Positions 1 to 13,150 of a stretch of 64,000 bases of DNA are shown one piece after another (the stretch's first letter is position 1; each line of letters opens with the position of its first letter). The stretch spans positions 13,578,001 through 13,642,000 of the forward strand of contig OZ024745.1 of assembly GCA_964016885.1 (NCBI GenBank), in the 5' to 3' direction. A program made the position numbers and the translations under genes. The notes beneath the pieces are model-generated. The model ran no database searches, was not told the DNA's origin, and saw nothing but the letters and a program-made list of their open reading frames with translations. Origin of the DNA: Eledone cirrhosa. Lineage: Eukaryota.

Positions 1-160
1 CTTCAGAAGATCTTGCTTTTGAGTGAAAGCAGAGATTGTTTGCTGAAACTTTTAATCTGTGCTAATAATAAGTATTTACTCTACAGATTTATACATACTA
101 TATATATGTTACTCTTATCGAGTCCTCTCTGGATACTGGACTTTATATTTATTAATACTG
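1..160 (+). mobile_element. Penelope-like pLTR/3' end fragment with CAGAAGA-core hammerhead-like fold
   Basis: Homologous to 51001-51157 and 36620-36716. Reads cagaaga-tctt-gctttt-gagt-gaaa-gcaga-gattg-tttgc-tg-aaact and runs into (TA)n. Confidence 0.55.
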
Positions 161-182
161 CAATACATATATACATACATAT

Positions 183-261
<79 letters not shown>

Positions 262-969
262 ATAATAATAAAATGTGGAGAGGAGGCACACGAGTTAGGA
301 TATATATATATATATGAAAACAGGGAGAAAGAGACGATTATGAGGAAGAAAAATTTTTTTTTTTTCCTTTTTTTTGTGTCTCTCTCTCTCTCTTTTTTCT
401 GGGTTAGAAAATGATTAAAACGAAATGTTTTACTTTGTGTGAAGTGTTAAGGTCTTAGTTGATTTATTTATTATTTAAGAATGGCATTTATTTATCTATT
501 TATATATTTAATTATTGTCTATTACCGGTTTCTGCATGTATATGCATTATCAAATGATAGTGAAATGTATTAGTGTGGTGTCGCACATGTTAAAAAGAAG
601 GTGCAGAAAGAATAATGTTATATACAAACAAGGTTTAAGAAGTGAAAAGAAAAAAGAAAAAGGAAAAAAAACGTGCATAATGTGGAACGTAAAAAGTCAA
701 TGTGGAAGAAAAGTTAATGTTATTTACAAACACATTCATTGAAGTTAAGCAGTTCAAAATGTGTTAATATCGCAAGAGTGCTTAGTTGAACAATGGTTCC
801 GTGAAGGAGGCAAATGGTGGACTGTGGTGTGATATGATTTCCCTTTTTAGAGAGTTAATATGCAGGGGAAGCAATTCTTGCTGGGTGATATTTAATTTAT
901 TTAAGAAAAAGGATTAGGTAGGGTGTGAGGGAGGTAACTCTTGTAAATGTTTGATGGCTTGTTGCAGTT

Positions 970-2117
970 TTAGAAAGGTCCGAATTTTAGGGCATTGAGT
1001 ACTGGTTGAAATTTATTGATGAAATGTGTTTCCTTATTGGTATGTTGGATGAAAGTAGCGTTGTCTATGAATTTGTAAATGGGGAAAATTTTAAAGTTTG
1101 GAAGTTGGTTGAGAGCACAGTTGGAGATATGTTCACTAAATGCAATCTTTCTGTATTCCTGTATTTTAATTTGTGATTTATGGACTTTATAGTGCTCTAG
1201 ACAACATGAGCAAGTCAAAACATAGATAAGGTTTTCAGATGCACATGTAAACTTATGTTTAACTGTGAAACGCCCTTGTTTAAAATGGAATGTTGAACCT
1301 TCTATTAGATTTATGCATATGCCACAGTTGGGCCTTCCGCATTTTGTTACTGTAGGGTTTGTTGTGAGGGTTGGTTGGATTTTGGCTTGTGTGAGGATGT
1401 TTTTTATGGATTTAGGTTGTCTTTTGCTCTTTATGATGTTGTGTGTTTGGAGGATATTGTTCATTCTTGGGTCTCTTTTTAGTAAAGGAATGTTCTGGAG
1501 AATGGTGTCGAATGCCTCATTGTTGAGGGGATTGTGTGTGGAGATGTATGGTAGAGTTTTTTTGTTGCGGTTCACTCCTGGGTTTGGGGTGTCTGAGTTC
1601 CTGGATGTCTAGTTTTAGGGCACGTTGGAATCCATTGGTGATTAGGGATGGTGGGTAGTTTCTGCTGATAAGTGTGTTTTTTTAATCATTCTAGTCGTGT
1701 GTAGCATGTGTATTTATCTGAAACTATTGTGTAGATCCTTCTGGCTAAGTTATAAGGAATTGCCATTTTGGTATGGCAAGGGTGGCACGAGTTAAATGTA
1801 AGATATTGTTTGGAGTCTGTGGATTTGTAGTATATGTCTGTTTCTATTTTGTTGTTTGTTTTCTTGATGAGGATGTCGAGGAAAGGGAGTTGTTTATGGC
1901 TGTAATCCATTGTAAATTGTAAATTTGTGTTGAGTCCATTTAGAAGGGTTTTAAACTCAATCAGTCTTTCTATACTTTCATGCCAGAGGATGGAGCAGTC
2001 GTCCAGATATCTCTTCCCGATTTTTTCTATGTGTTGGTAGAAGTGGTTACCGTATTTGTCTAGGACTTTGCGGTAGAGAGTGGTTTCCAAATATCCCATG
2101 ACAAGGTTGGCGTATGA
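970..2117 (-). mobile_element. Penelope-like retroelement (Neptune-type), 5'-truncated and decayed: RT C-terminus plus GIY-YIG endonuclease
   Basis: PSYANLVMGYLE...RYLDDC...LPFLDI...YYKSTD...SCHP (ORF 1686-2099). Linker CGRPNCGIC, FTCASENLIYVLTC and C-terminal FQPVLN (ORF 970-1575). Frameshifted, and the YIG segment is deleted. Confidence 0.9.
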
Positions 2118-2362
2118 GGGAGGTGGATAGAGTTATAGCCCTTTAAGTTCTGAGTTCAAATTCTTCCGAGGTTAACTTTGCCTTTCATCCTTACGGGGTC
2201 AATAAAATAAAGTACCAGCAATGCACTGGGGTCGATTTAATCGATTTTCCCCTCCCCAAAAATTGTTGGTCTTGTGCCTAAATCAGGAACCATTATTAGG
2301 GCGGTGGATTGGCCGAATCGGTAGAGCGTTGGACAACATGCTTTGCGGAGTATAGTTATGGC
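2118..2362 (+). mobile_element. tRNA-derived SINE family A: one near-full copy plus a second head-only copy (2298-2362)
   Basis: B box gagttcaaat and conserved body gcctttcatccttacggggtc.ataaaataaagtaccag (Meta-domain-like). About 10 copies in the window. Confidence 0.85.
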
Positions 2363-2579
2363 AACTAAACCAGTTCCCCTAGACCCTTGTCTGGTGAGGA
2401 GGGTAAGTGGAACCTCAGCAGCACAAAAAACAAGAGCTTTAAAAAGGGAAGGTGACCTCCTCAGAATCAACAGCCATCCACCCCAACTATGGGTTAAACA
2501 GCCTCACCAACCCACAATTGGCCAAGCGTGGTATGTACGGCTACACCACTGACATGACCAAAACCAAAAACAGAAAGTG

Positions 2580-3668
2580 GTGGAGGTCAACCAGGGAGAG
2601 GTTCTTCCAACTGGAATGTGTAAACCCTGGATTGAATTGGATTGGATGGAGGTCAGCCAGGGAGGGGTTCCTCTAACAGGAGTGAGAAGGCCCTGGATTG
2701 GATTGGATGGAGGTCAGCCAGGGAGGGGTTCCTCTAACAGGAGAGAGAAGGCCCTGGATTGGATGGAGGTTAGCCAGGGAGGGGTTCCTCCAACAGGAGA
2801 GAGAAGACCCTGGATTGGATGGAGGTCCACCAGGGAGGGGTTCCTCCAACAGGAGTGAGAAGGCCCTGGATTGGATTGGATGGAGGTCAGCCAGGGAGGG
2901 GTTCCTCCAACAGGAGTGAGAAGGCCCTGGATTGGATGGAGGTCAGCCAGGGAGGGGTTCCTCCAACAGGAGAGAGAAGACCCTGGATTGGATGGAGGTC
3001 CACCAGGGAGGGGTTCCTCCAACAGGAGAGAGAAGACCCTGGATTGGATGGAGGTCAGCCAGGGAGGGGTTCCTCTAACAGGAGTGAGAAGGCCCTGGAT
3101 TGGATGGAGGTCAGCCAGGGAGGGGTTCCTCTAACAGGAGTGAGAAGACCCTGGATTGGATGGAGGTCAGCCAGGGAGGGGTTCCTCTAACAGGAGTGAG
3201 AAGGCCCTGGATTGGATGGAGGTCAGCCAGGGAGGGGTTCCTCCAACAGGAGAGAGAAGACCCTGGATTGGATGGAGGTCCACCAGGGAGGGGTTCCTCC
3301 AACAGGAGTGAGAAGGCCCTGGATTGGATTGGATGGAGGTCAGCCAGGGAGGGGTTCCTCCAACAGGAGTGAGAAGGCCCTGGATTGGATGGAGGTCAGC
3401 CAGGGAGGGGTTCCTCCAACAGGAGAGAGAAGACCCTGGATTGGATGGAGGTCCACCAGGGAGGGGTTCCTCCAACAGGAGAGAGAAGACCCTGGATTGG
3501 ATGGAGGTCAGCCAGGGAGGGGTTCCTCCAACAGGAGAGAGAAGACCCTGGATTGGATGGAGGTCCACCAGGGAGGGGTTCCTCCAACAGGAGAGAGAAG
3601 ACCCTGGATTGGATGGAGGTCAGCCAGGGAGGGGTTCCTCTAACAGGAGTGAGAAGGCCCTGGATTGG
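2580..3668. repeat. 56-bp minisatellite (~19 units; some 61-bp units with an extra ggatt)
   Basis: Unit ggattggatggaggtcagccagggaggggttcctccaacaggagagagaagaccct. Confidence 0.95.
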
Positions 3669-4617
3669 AAACTTGAGTAGCTTGAAATAAACACAACGCG
3701 CTGCTGGGAATGGAACTCCCAAATTTACGATCGTGAGCCGAACACTAAGTCTTCATACACACACAAACACACACTTACCCACACACACACACACACAAAC
3801 ACCTACTCATGCACATATAAACGAACAGACAGACACTGACACGCGTACACAATCAAATTCTAATGTCTAAACGAAGCGTAATGAGACTCTCTAGACATTT
3901 AGAAATGGTACAGTCTCGAGACACCAGTATCACGTGAGAGCTCATACTCTCTGTTGCTTCTTTATTTTGATATTGAAACCTGATATCTCCCTTTCCATCC
4001 ACTGCCCCCCCCCCCCCTCTCTCTCACCTTCTCATCGATTTCATTCAATATCAAATGTTATTATTTATTTATTTATTCATAATATTTTTAATTAAGAATC
4101 CCGTATTGTAATATCTTCAGTAATCGATAATAAAGTATGGTTGGTCGTGTTCGTCCATTTTCTCATACTCCCTCATCTGTCGTAGCTTACTCTATTAAGA
4201 TCCACGTGTTTATGTTTTACACGCATGCTCTTCTTCTTCTTCTTCTTCTTCTTCTTCTTCTTCTTCTTCTTCTTCTTCTTCTTCTTCTTCTTCTTCTTCT
4301 TCTCCGCCTGCCCCCAACAACACGCTCCGGCTTACTCCAATTATGTATCACGTGCAGTGATGCTTTAAAACCGGGGTCTGGTTTTGTAGAAATGAAGGTC
4401 AGATGTCATTTGCATATAACGCACATACACAGAAAACATACACATACACGCACACTCACACATACATATATACACACGCACAAACAAAAAACAAACTCGC
4501 ACATATTACTCTCGCATAACTATATAATTTTTCTGAATGATGTATGAATATTCATCAAAGGCCCACATACGCATATATATATATGTGTGCCACACACGCA
4601 TATATATATATATGTGT

Positions 4618-4743
<126 letters not shown>

Positions 4744-4866
4744 GTATACATGTTATACACATACATGTGTAGATGTTAACGTCTTCAAGTGTGTTGAGTA
4801 AGCAATATTTCTAAATGAAGTTCTTGGTGACAGCCATTTTCACGTCATAGGCACCATGGGAGCCAA

Positions 4867-4900
<34 letters not shown>

Positions 4901-4904
<4 letters not shown>

Positions 4905-5028
4905 ATACTTTGGGAGGGTCATGTTGCCAATAAGAAACACACGCACCAGTTGCTTTCACTTCAATTTATTATAATAAATTTATAATAAATTTATAAATTT
5001 ATAAATTTATAAATTTCTGGTTGGTTGG
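4901..5028 (-). mobile_element. Inverted copy of the 3' end of the HHR module at 50140-50523
   Basis: Reverse complement of ~50400-50523, abutting (TA)n. A third partial copy lies at 52853-52891. Confidence 0.8.
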
Positions 5029-5189
5029 CAATAAACATAAAAGAATTACAACCAAAATTAAATAGAAAATATGAGTGGAACTGCAACATCACAACTTACA
5101 ATTAAGGACAAAATGAAAACACACACACACATAGAACAAACAACCAACCACTAACATGTAAATAAATAAATAAATAAATAAATAAATAT

Positions 5190-5270
5190 AAACACACACA
5201 GACACCCGGATGTGGCACATGCGCAGACTGAGCACACAACACACACACAGAAACAAAATGGCGTAGGACA
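5190..5270 (+). promoter_or_regulatory. Putative promoter cassette (ETS-like, NRF1-like and YY1 motifs) upstream of a hammerhead
   Basis: ccggatgtg 5206-5214, gcacatgcgc, aaaatggcg 5255-5263. Direct copy at 50207-50290. Confidence 0.45.
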
Positions 5271-5305
5271 GAACAACCCCTCAATCTATCTTATTTCTCA
5301 TTCTT

Positions 5306-5341
5306 TCTTCTGATGAAGGACTAGCATCTGAAACGTTAAGA
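5306..5341 (+). ncRNA. Minimal type I hammerhead ribozyme motif
   Basis: tctt-CTGATGA-a-gga-ctagca-tct-GAAA-cgtt-aaga. Stem I is tctt/aaga and the palindromic AACGTT replaces stem III, as in PLE minimal HHRs. Confidence 0.7.
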
Positions 5342-5425
5342 CCCTCTTCCTGTTATATCAAGCGTTAACCTAATATATCTCTTCCATATACTGTACCGAT
5401 TGTGTTGTTATTTCTGTTTACCTTT

Positions 5426-5519
<94 letters not shown>

Positions 5520-5545
5520 CATATGTATATATATACATATGTATG

Positions 5546-5590
<45 letters not shown>

Positions 5591-5630
5591 CTGTGTGTGT
5601 GTGTGTATGTGTATGTGTGTGTGTGTGTGT

Positions 5631-7484
<1,854 letters not shown>

Positions 7485-7507
7485 TATATATATATATATA
7501 TATATAT

Positions 7508-7828
7508 AATAATTGTTTCTACTTTAGGAACAAGGCCAGCAATTAACCAGTGCATTACTGGTACTTTATTTTATCGACCCCTGTAAGGATGAAAGGCAAA
7601 GTTGACCTCGGCGGGATTATATATAATAATAATAATAATTGTTTCTACTTTTGGCACAAGGCCAGCAATTACCCCAGTGCATTACTGGTACTTTATTTTA
7701 TCGACCCCTGTAAGGATGAAAGGCAAAGTTAACCTCGGTGGGATTTGAACTCAGACCGTAAAGAGACGTAACTATGCTGGAAAGCATGGAGTCCGACCCT
7801 CTACCGATACTGCCAATCCACCGCCCTT
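7508..7828 (-). mobile_element. SINE family A, full copy (7636-7828) plus tandem partial copy (7508-7617)
   Basis: Reverse complement of the family A consensus, including A and B boxes. Confidence 0.9.
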
Positions 7829-7857
7829 ATATATATAATAATAATAATAATAAATAA

Positions 7858-8085
7858 AGTTGGCCGCTCTCTGATAGGTTTGTGGTTGAGCCTGTAGCAA
7901 TAGAAATATCAGGCGTTCTTGGCCCACAGACCACATCCCTACTCACTGATATCGGAGCCGAGTTGACTGCCCGCAAGTCCGAACCCTGCGAGGTGGAGTG
8001 GCTGTTCTAGTGCGTCTCCCTCACTATTCTCCGGAGCAATGTCTTCTCCATCATGTCCCCCGTGACCACGAGGAGGACAGACCCT
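7858..8085 (+). mobile_element. CRE-like non-LTR retrotransposon 3' fragment (restriction-like endonuclease tail)
   Basis: Manual translation PLSDRFVVEPVAIEISGVLGPQTTSLLTDIG...EVEWLF*CVSLTILRSNVFSI matches the RLE pattern F.P.A.ET.G..G...QR.S.A..RGN. Homologous to 56535-56830 (-). Confidence 0.75.
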
Positions 8086-8174
8086 TGTGTTAAATACAGA
8101 TATCACAGAGAGAGAGTGTGTGTGTGTGTGTGTATGTGTGAACTAAAAAAAACGTATAAAGTTTGTCTCGAGCC

Positions 8175-8433
8175 GGGTTGCTCATTTGGCCGGTGTTTAT
8201 TCTGGTTTCCGTGGCGTGAAGTGACTGAGAGTACAAGTCCCCTTCCTGGACAGGACGCCAGTCCATCGCAGGGTTAAACCCCCAGCTACTGCTGCTGGTA
8301 CTCATTTTCAGCTGAGTATACTAAAGCAACATGAAACGAAAAGTTTTGCTCAAGAAAACAAAGCGGAATCCAGTCCAGGAATCGAACCCACGACATTACG
8401 ATCGCAAGTCCAACACCCTTACCACTAGACCAC
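8175..8433 (-). mobile_element. tRNA-derived SINE (family B-related)
   Basis: Minus strand has an A box (tggtctagtggtaag), a B box (ggttcgattcc) and a cttgagcaa core. Confidence 0.75.
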
Positions 8434-9010
8434 ACACAGAGAGTAAACATTAGTGATTAAAATAAGTGACAGTAAGCATTCATTCCAGTAAAAAAAATGG
8501 ATAAAATTTAGTAAATTATAGTCATATTGAATAGCAATGAAGTGTGTCGAGAAATTTGAAATAATCAATAATTTTTTGCAGCGCTTTCTCTGACCACCCG
8601 CTGTTTCTTCTTTGTAGTCATCATACCATAGAGTGGATGCTTGTGTACACATGTATTACTCATGCGAACTACAGATTTTGTAATAAATGGAGTTTCAACT
8701 ATAGAAACAGTTCTGTGACTGTAGACTTGTGTTTCCACTTAATGTGCAGAAATCTGCGGAGACGTGATGTGAAAATGATTCAACGCTTCGGTGTGTTTAG
8801 TGAGCCTGTCACACGAGCAAAGAGGAGTACATAGTGTATGGCTGCTTGATAAGATATTCAGCATCATCATCAACATTGCTACCACAGTTGAACATTCCTG
8901 ACAAAGTCTCTGCACAATTCACGGTTCTCCATCGTTCCTGGCAACTGTTCCTTACTGGAGTTTCTATCGTCTCAGAGTTTATCAATGAATGTCTTCTACT
9001 GTGTCTACTG

Positions 9011-9253
9011 TGAAGGCGCATGGCTTAGTGGTTAGAGCATTGGGCTTGCAATCGAAAGGTTGTGAGTTCAATTCTCGGACCGGGCGATGCGTAATGTCCT
9101 TGAGCAAGACACTTTATTTCCCGTTGCTCCAGTTTACTCAGCTGTAGAAATGAGATGATAGGACTGGGGTCCCTATCATTAAATTACCCAAGACACCTCT
9201 AACGAGATATACCTTGGAGGAGGCCAGCTAAACCTGCATAAACACTCTACTGT
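9011..9253 (+). mobile_element. tRNA-derived SINE family B
   Basis: tggcttagtggttagagc (A box), gagttcaattc (B box), ccttgagcaagacactt (CORE/V-like). Inverted close copy at 17255-17483. Confidence 0.9.
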
Positions 9254-9424
9254 GTCTCCTATGAGTTAGTTCCCACAATAGTAGCTTCTGTTTACTTCTC
9301 CAGAAAGTCTTGTAAATCGTAACCATCTTTGAGCAATTGTAGTCGATATTTTTATCATACTGTTCGTATTTCTACATGGGGGATATTCAGCTTAATAACA
9401 CTGCTTATATTTCTACGTGGTAGC

Positions 9425-9548
9425 TTACGGGATAATACGGGATGGTGCGGGATGGTAAGGGATAATACGGGATAGTACGGGACAATACGGGATGGTACGG
9501 GATAATACTAGATGGTACGTGGAAGAATATGGGATAATACGTTGGTAA
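9425..9548. repeat. Degenerate 10-bp tandem repeat (gggataatac/gggatggtac)
   Basis: Visible periodicity. Confidence 0.8.
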
Positions 9549-9917
9549 TATAGCTGATACTTCTAGGTGCCCCAAAATCTGGAGAGTAGTCTTCCAAAAG
9601 CTGAGCTTGCTTTGGATGTGCTGGAATTTACCCCCATCATTCTCTCAAGGTAGATGAAGTGCTACCCTGTTTAAAGATATCTTTGCTCGCTATTTTTGGA
9701 TAGGTGTAGTCGTGGCCCGATGAAGATTGCTACATCACCTCATGTTTTGGTGCTGGTAGTCAGAAAAAGTTGTCCTAAGCATTGGCCGACTGGGTCTAAA
9801 AGTATAGGTTACCAGGAAGAGACAAAGAAGCGATCGACTTTCGTTAAATGGGACCGAGAAAACAATGTTTCCATTGGTCTTTCCAGTTGCTAATACTATC
9901 TATCGGTCGCAACTCCA

Positions 9918-10044
9918 GGTAGAAGGAGCAACGTGAAATAAAGTGTCTTGCTCAAGGACATAACGCATCGCCCGGTCGGGGAATCGAACTCACAACCTCA
10001 CGATTGCGAATCCAATTCTCTTACCACTCAGCCACGTGCCTTCA
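9918..10044 (-). mobile_element. SINE family B head
   Basis: Reverse complement of tgaaggcacgtggctgagtggtaagag...gagttcgattcc...ccttgagcaagacac. Confidence 0.85.
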
Positions 10045-10092
10045 CAGGAAGAGACAAAGGGGCCCACAAACAACTACAATACTATCATTTAA

Positions 10093-10989
10093 CTAGCAGT
10101 AAAGCCCGGCGTTGCTCGGGGTCGCTCAGTAGCTGTGTTAAAGTTACAATGTTAAGTTTCTTTCTTGGCTTAAAAACTGTAGTGTCTACTGTGCAGACTT
10201 GCATGTGGTGTTTTTGATTAATATTCCCTCAACCAACAATATGCCTTATGAAGTTAAGAAAACATAACGATAACCCGAATGTTATAACAAAAGAGGATGC
10301 TGGGGATAGAAACTGCACTGGTTATTTATTAACAAAGATCGAAAATGTAAACACTGCAACGCAGAGAAAAACATTAGCGTAACCAAATTATCAGTTATGT
10401 CTGTCTGCACGCCTATATCACCTCTCTGCACGACTATCTGTCTGCACGCCTATATCACCTCTCTGCACGACTGTCTGTCTGCACGCCTATATCACCTCTC
10501 TGCACGACTGTCTGTCTGCACGCCTATATCACCTCTCTGCACGACTGTCTGTCTGCACGCCTAACGACGAAATATTTGCTTGTTTTACGTAGTCTTTAAA
10601 TAGACTTGTTTTCAAGTAAAAATATTGTTTTAAAATGCTTTTAAATGGAAATGAAGCAAAACGGAAGCTTAGTATTCGAACTGATGAATTTTGCAGGTCA
10701 ATATTTTGCTGGCTCGACAACTGTTCGTGTATTGTAATTTTTTACGTAAGACGCTCAATGTAAACAGAACAAAGGGAAATAACTGATAACTTACGCTCAA
10801 AAATCGATACATTATATTCGATTTCGTCACATAGGGTGGGTCAATTTGAAATTTTTTTTTTCCGATGTCTTCGCTAGGGCTCAATGTACAAGTATAGCAA
10901 TTTCGGTGCAATTCCGTCAGAGATTCTAAGAGGAGATGTGTGCCAAAAATCGATAGACAGACAGACAACCACAGTTTTATATATAGAGA
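10093..10989 (-). mobile_element. Non-autonomous Helitron
   Basis: Minus strand reads A|TCtctatatataaa ... cccgagcaacgccggg hairpin ... CTAG|T. It has a 5' TC, a 3' CTAG, a subterminal GC hairpin, an A^T target and no TSD. Confidence 0.85.
10399..10563. repeat. 37-bp tandem repeat (~4.4 units) inside the Helitron
   Basis: Unit gtctgtctgcacgcctatatcacctctctgcacgact. Confidence 0.95.
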
Positions 10990-11132
10990 TTTCTATGTCG
11001 AATAAATAACTTTTTTTAATTGCTCTTTATTTCTATGACCGCAATTGACCGTAAAATTGTAAAGTAATACGGAGTGTAGAGTATATTAAACATGCCTTAC
11101 ATCTCCAATAAAAAGATCTTTTGAAATATACA

Positions 11133-12097
11133 CATCGTCGTCTTCTTCTTCTTCTTCTTCTTCTTCTTCTTCTTCTTCTTCTTCTTCTTCTTCTTCTTCT
11201 TCTTCTTCTTCTTCTTCTTCTTCCACAATCACCACCACTACCATCACTACCACTACCACCCCCACCACCACCACAACTTCCACTACCACCTCCACCACCA
11301 CCACCACCACCACCACTATCACCACCACTACCACCACTACTACCATCACCACCACCGCCACCACCACCACCACCACTACCATCACTACCACTACCACCAC
11401 CACCTCCACTACCATCACTACCACTAACACCACCACCACCACCACCACTACCACTACCGCCACCGCACCACCATCACCACCACCACTATCACTTCCACCA
11501 CCACAAGCACTACCACCACCATCACCACCACTACCACCACCACCACCACCACCACCACTACCACTACCACCACCACTACCACCATCACTACCACTACCAC
11601 CACCACCACCACCACCACCACCACCACCTCTACCACCACCACTACCACCACCACCTCCACTACCACCACCACTACCACCACCACCACCCCTATACCACCA
11701 CCACCTCTATACCACCACCACCACCACCACCACTACCACGACCATCACTACCCCCACCACCACCACTACCACCACTACTACCACCACCACCACTACCACT
11801 ACCACCACTACACCACCACCACCACCACCACCACCATCAACACCACCACTACCAACACTACCAGCACTACCACCACAACCACAACCACTACCACTACCAC
11901 CACCACTATCACTACCACCATCACTACCACCACCACCACCACCACCACTACCACCACCACCACTACCACCACCTCCACCACTACCACCACTACCACCACC
12001 AGCACCATCACCACCACCACCACTACGACCATCACTACCACCATCACCACTACCACTACCACCACCACCACCACCACCATCACCACCACCACTACTA
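11133..12097. repeat. (TTC)n followed by degenerate (ACC/ACT/ATC)n trinucleotide tract
   Basis: Simple repeat; poly-Pro/His/Val translations change frame freely. Confidence 0.95.
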
Positions 12098-12433
12098 ACT
12101 GGAGACCAATACTCTCAAGTGAATCACAAGTCTAATAATAAATTATGTCGCGCTGCATACTAATGTCTTCTATATGATATCAATATAATAGCTTACACAT
12201 GAACGTGTAGAAACATACGTACATACATACATACATACATACATACATACATACATACATACATACATACATACATACATACATACACACACACATACAT
12301 ACATACATACATACATACATACATACATACATACATACATACATACATACATACATACATACATACACACATACATACATACATACATACACACATACAC
12401 ACATACATACATACATACGTACATACATACATA

Positions 12434-13042
12434 CATGGTGGCTGCCAATTCGTTTTCGAGTACGGCCACTACTTTATATCCATGTAGGAGAACCCTACCG
12501 ATGTGCTGAACGAGTGTGACTTTTTAGTCCAGCCAGCGACTTGAAAACTCTGGTACAAACACTACACTTGTAACAATTATTGACACACAGTGCTGGGCCC
12601 ATGGTACCATGTGATGACAAGTGCAGAGAGATCTCCAGATATAAAGCAATGCCTGTGCCATGAAGCTTTTATAGTGAGCAAAGGCACTGCACAAAGCCAG
12701 TCCCACTCTCTTAACCAAGATGATATTTATCAAAAAGAAGAACAAGTCAACATCATTGGATACCATCAGGGTTGCAGGTGTTATATCAGAGTTTTCCTTC
12801 TCATAGAATTCTGCCTTGACAAAGGCTAAGGGGTCATCTCTCCCGGTGATTTTGGATGGCCATTGACTCTTACGAGCTCCTTTGCCCTTTGACAGGTTTT
12901 GTTTTTAGTCCTGCAGGATGTCCAAAGTCACCCTCCTCACCAAGAAACCTTGGTGAGGTTGCCAGTTTAGTCGCCAACGACCCGACCATGGGACAGGTTG
13001 TACTGGGATACATGTTACCAGTAGCACCAACTGGTGACCTGA
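12434..13042 (-). mobile_element. ~610-bp non-autonomous RTE-related element with (TATG)n tail
   Basis: Near-identical inverted copy at 26569-27178. Its 3' end actcg-aaaa-cga(a/g)t-tggcagccaccatg(tatg)n resembles the RTE 3' end. Confidence 0.85.
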
Positions 13043-13080
13043 CATACATACATACATACATACATACATACATACATACA

Positions 13081-13114
<34 letters not shown>

Positions 13115-13150
13115 CATACATACATACATACGTGCGTATGTACATACATA

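Noticed and set aside
9011-9085. tRNA gene (also other A/B-box heads)
   Set aside because: The heads continue into SINE bodies and do not give a convincing cloverleaf.
10681-10700. CTGATGA hammerhead core (also at 40726)
   Set aside because: No stem II or GAAA follows; the 40726 hit is RTE coding sequence.
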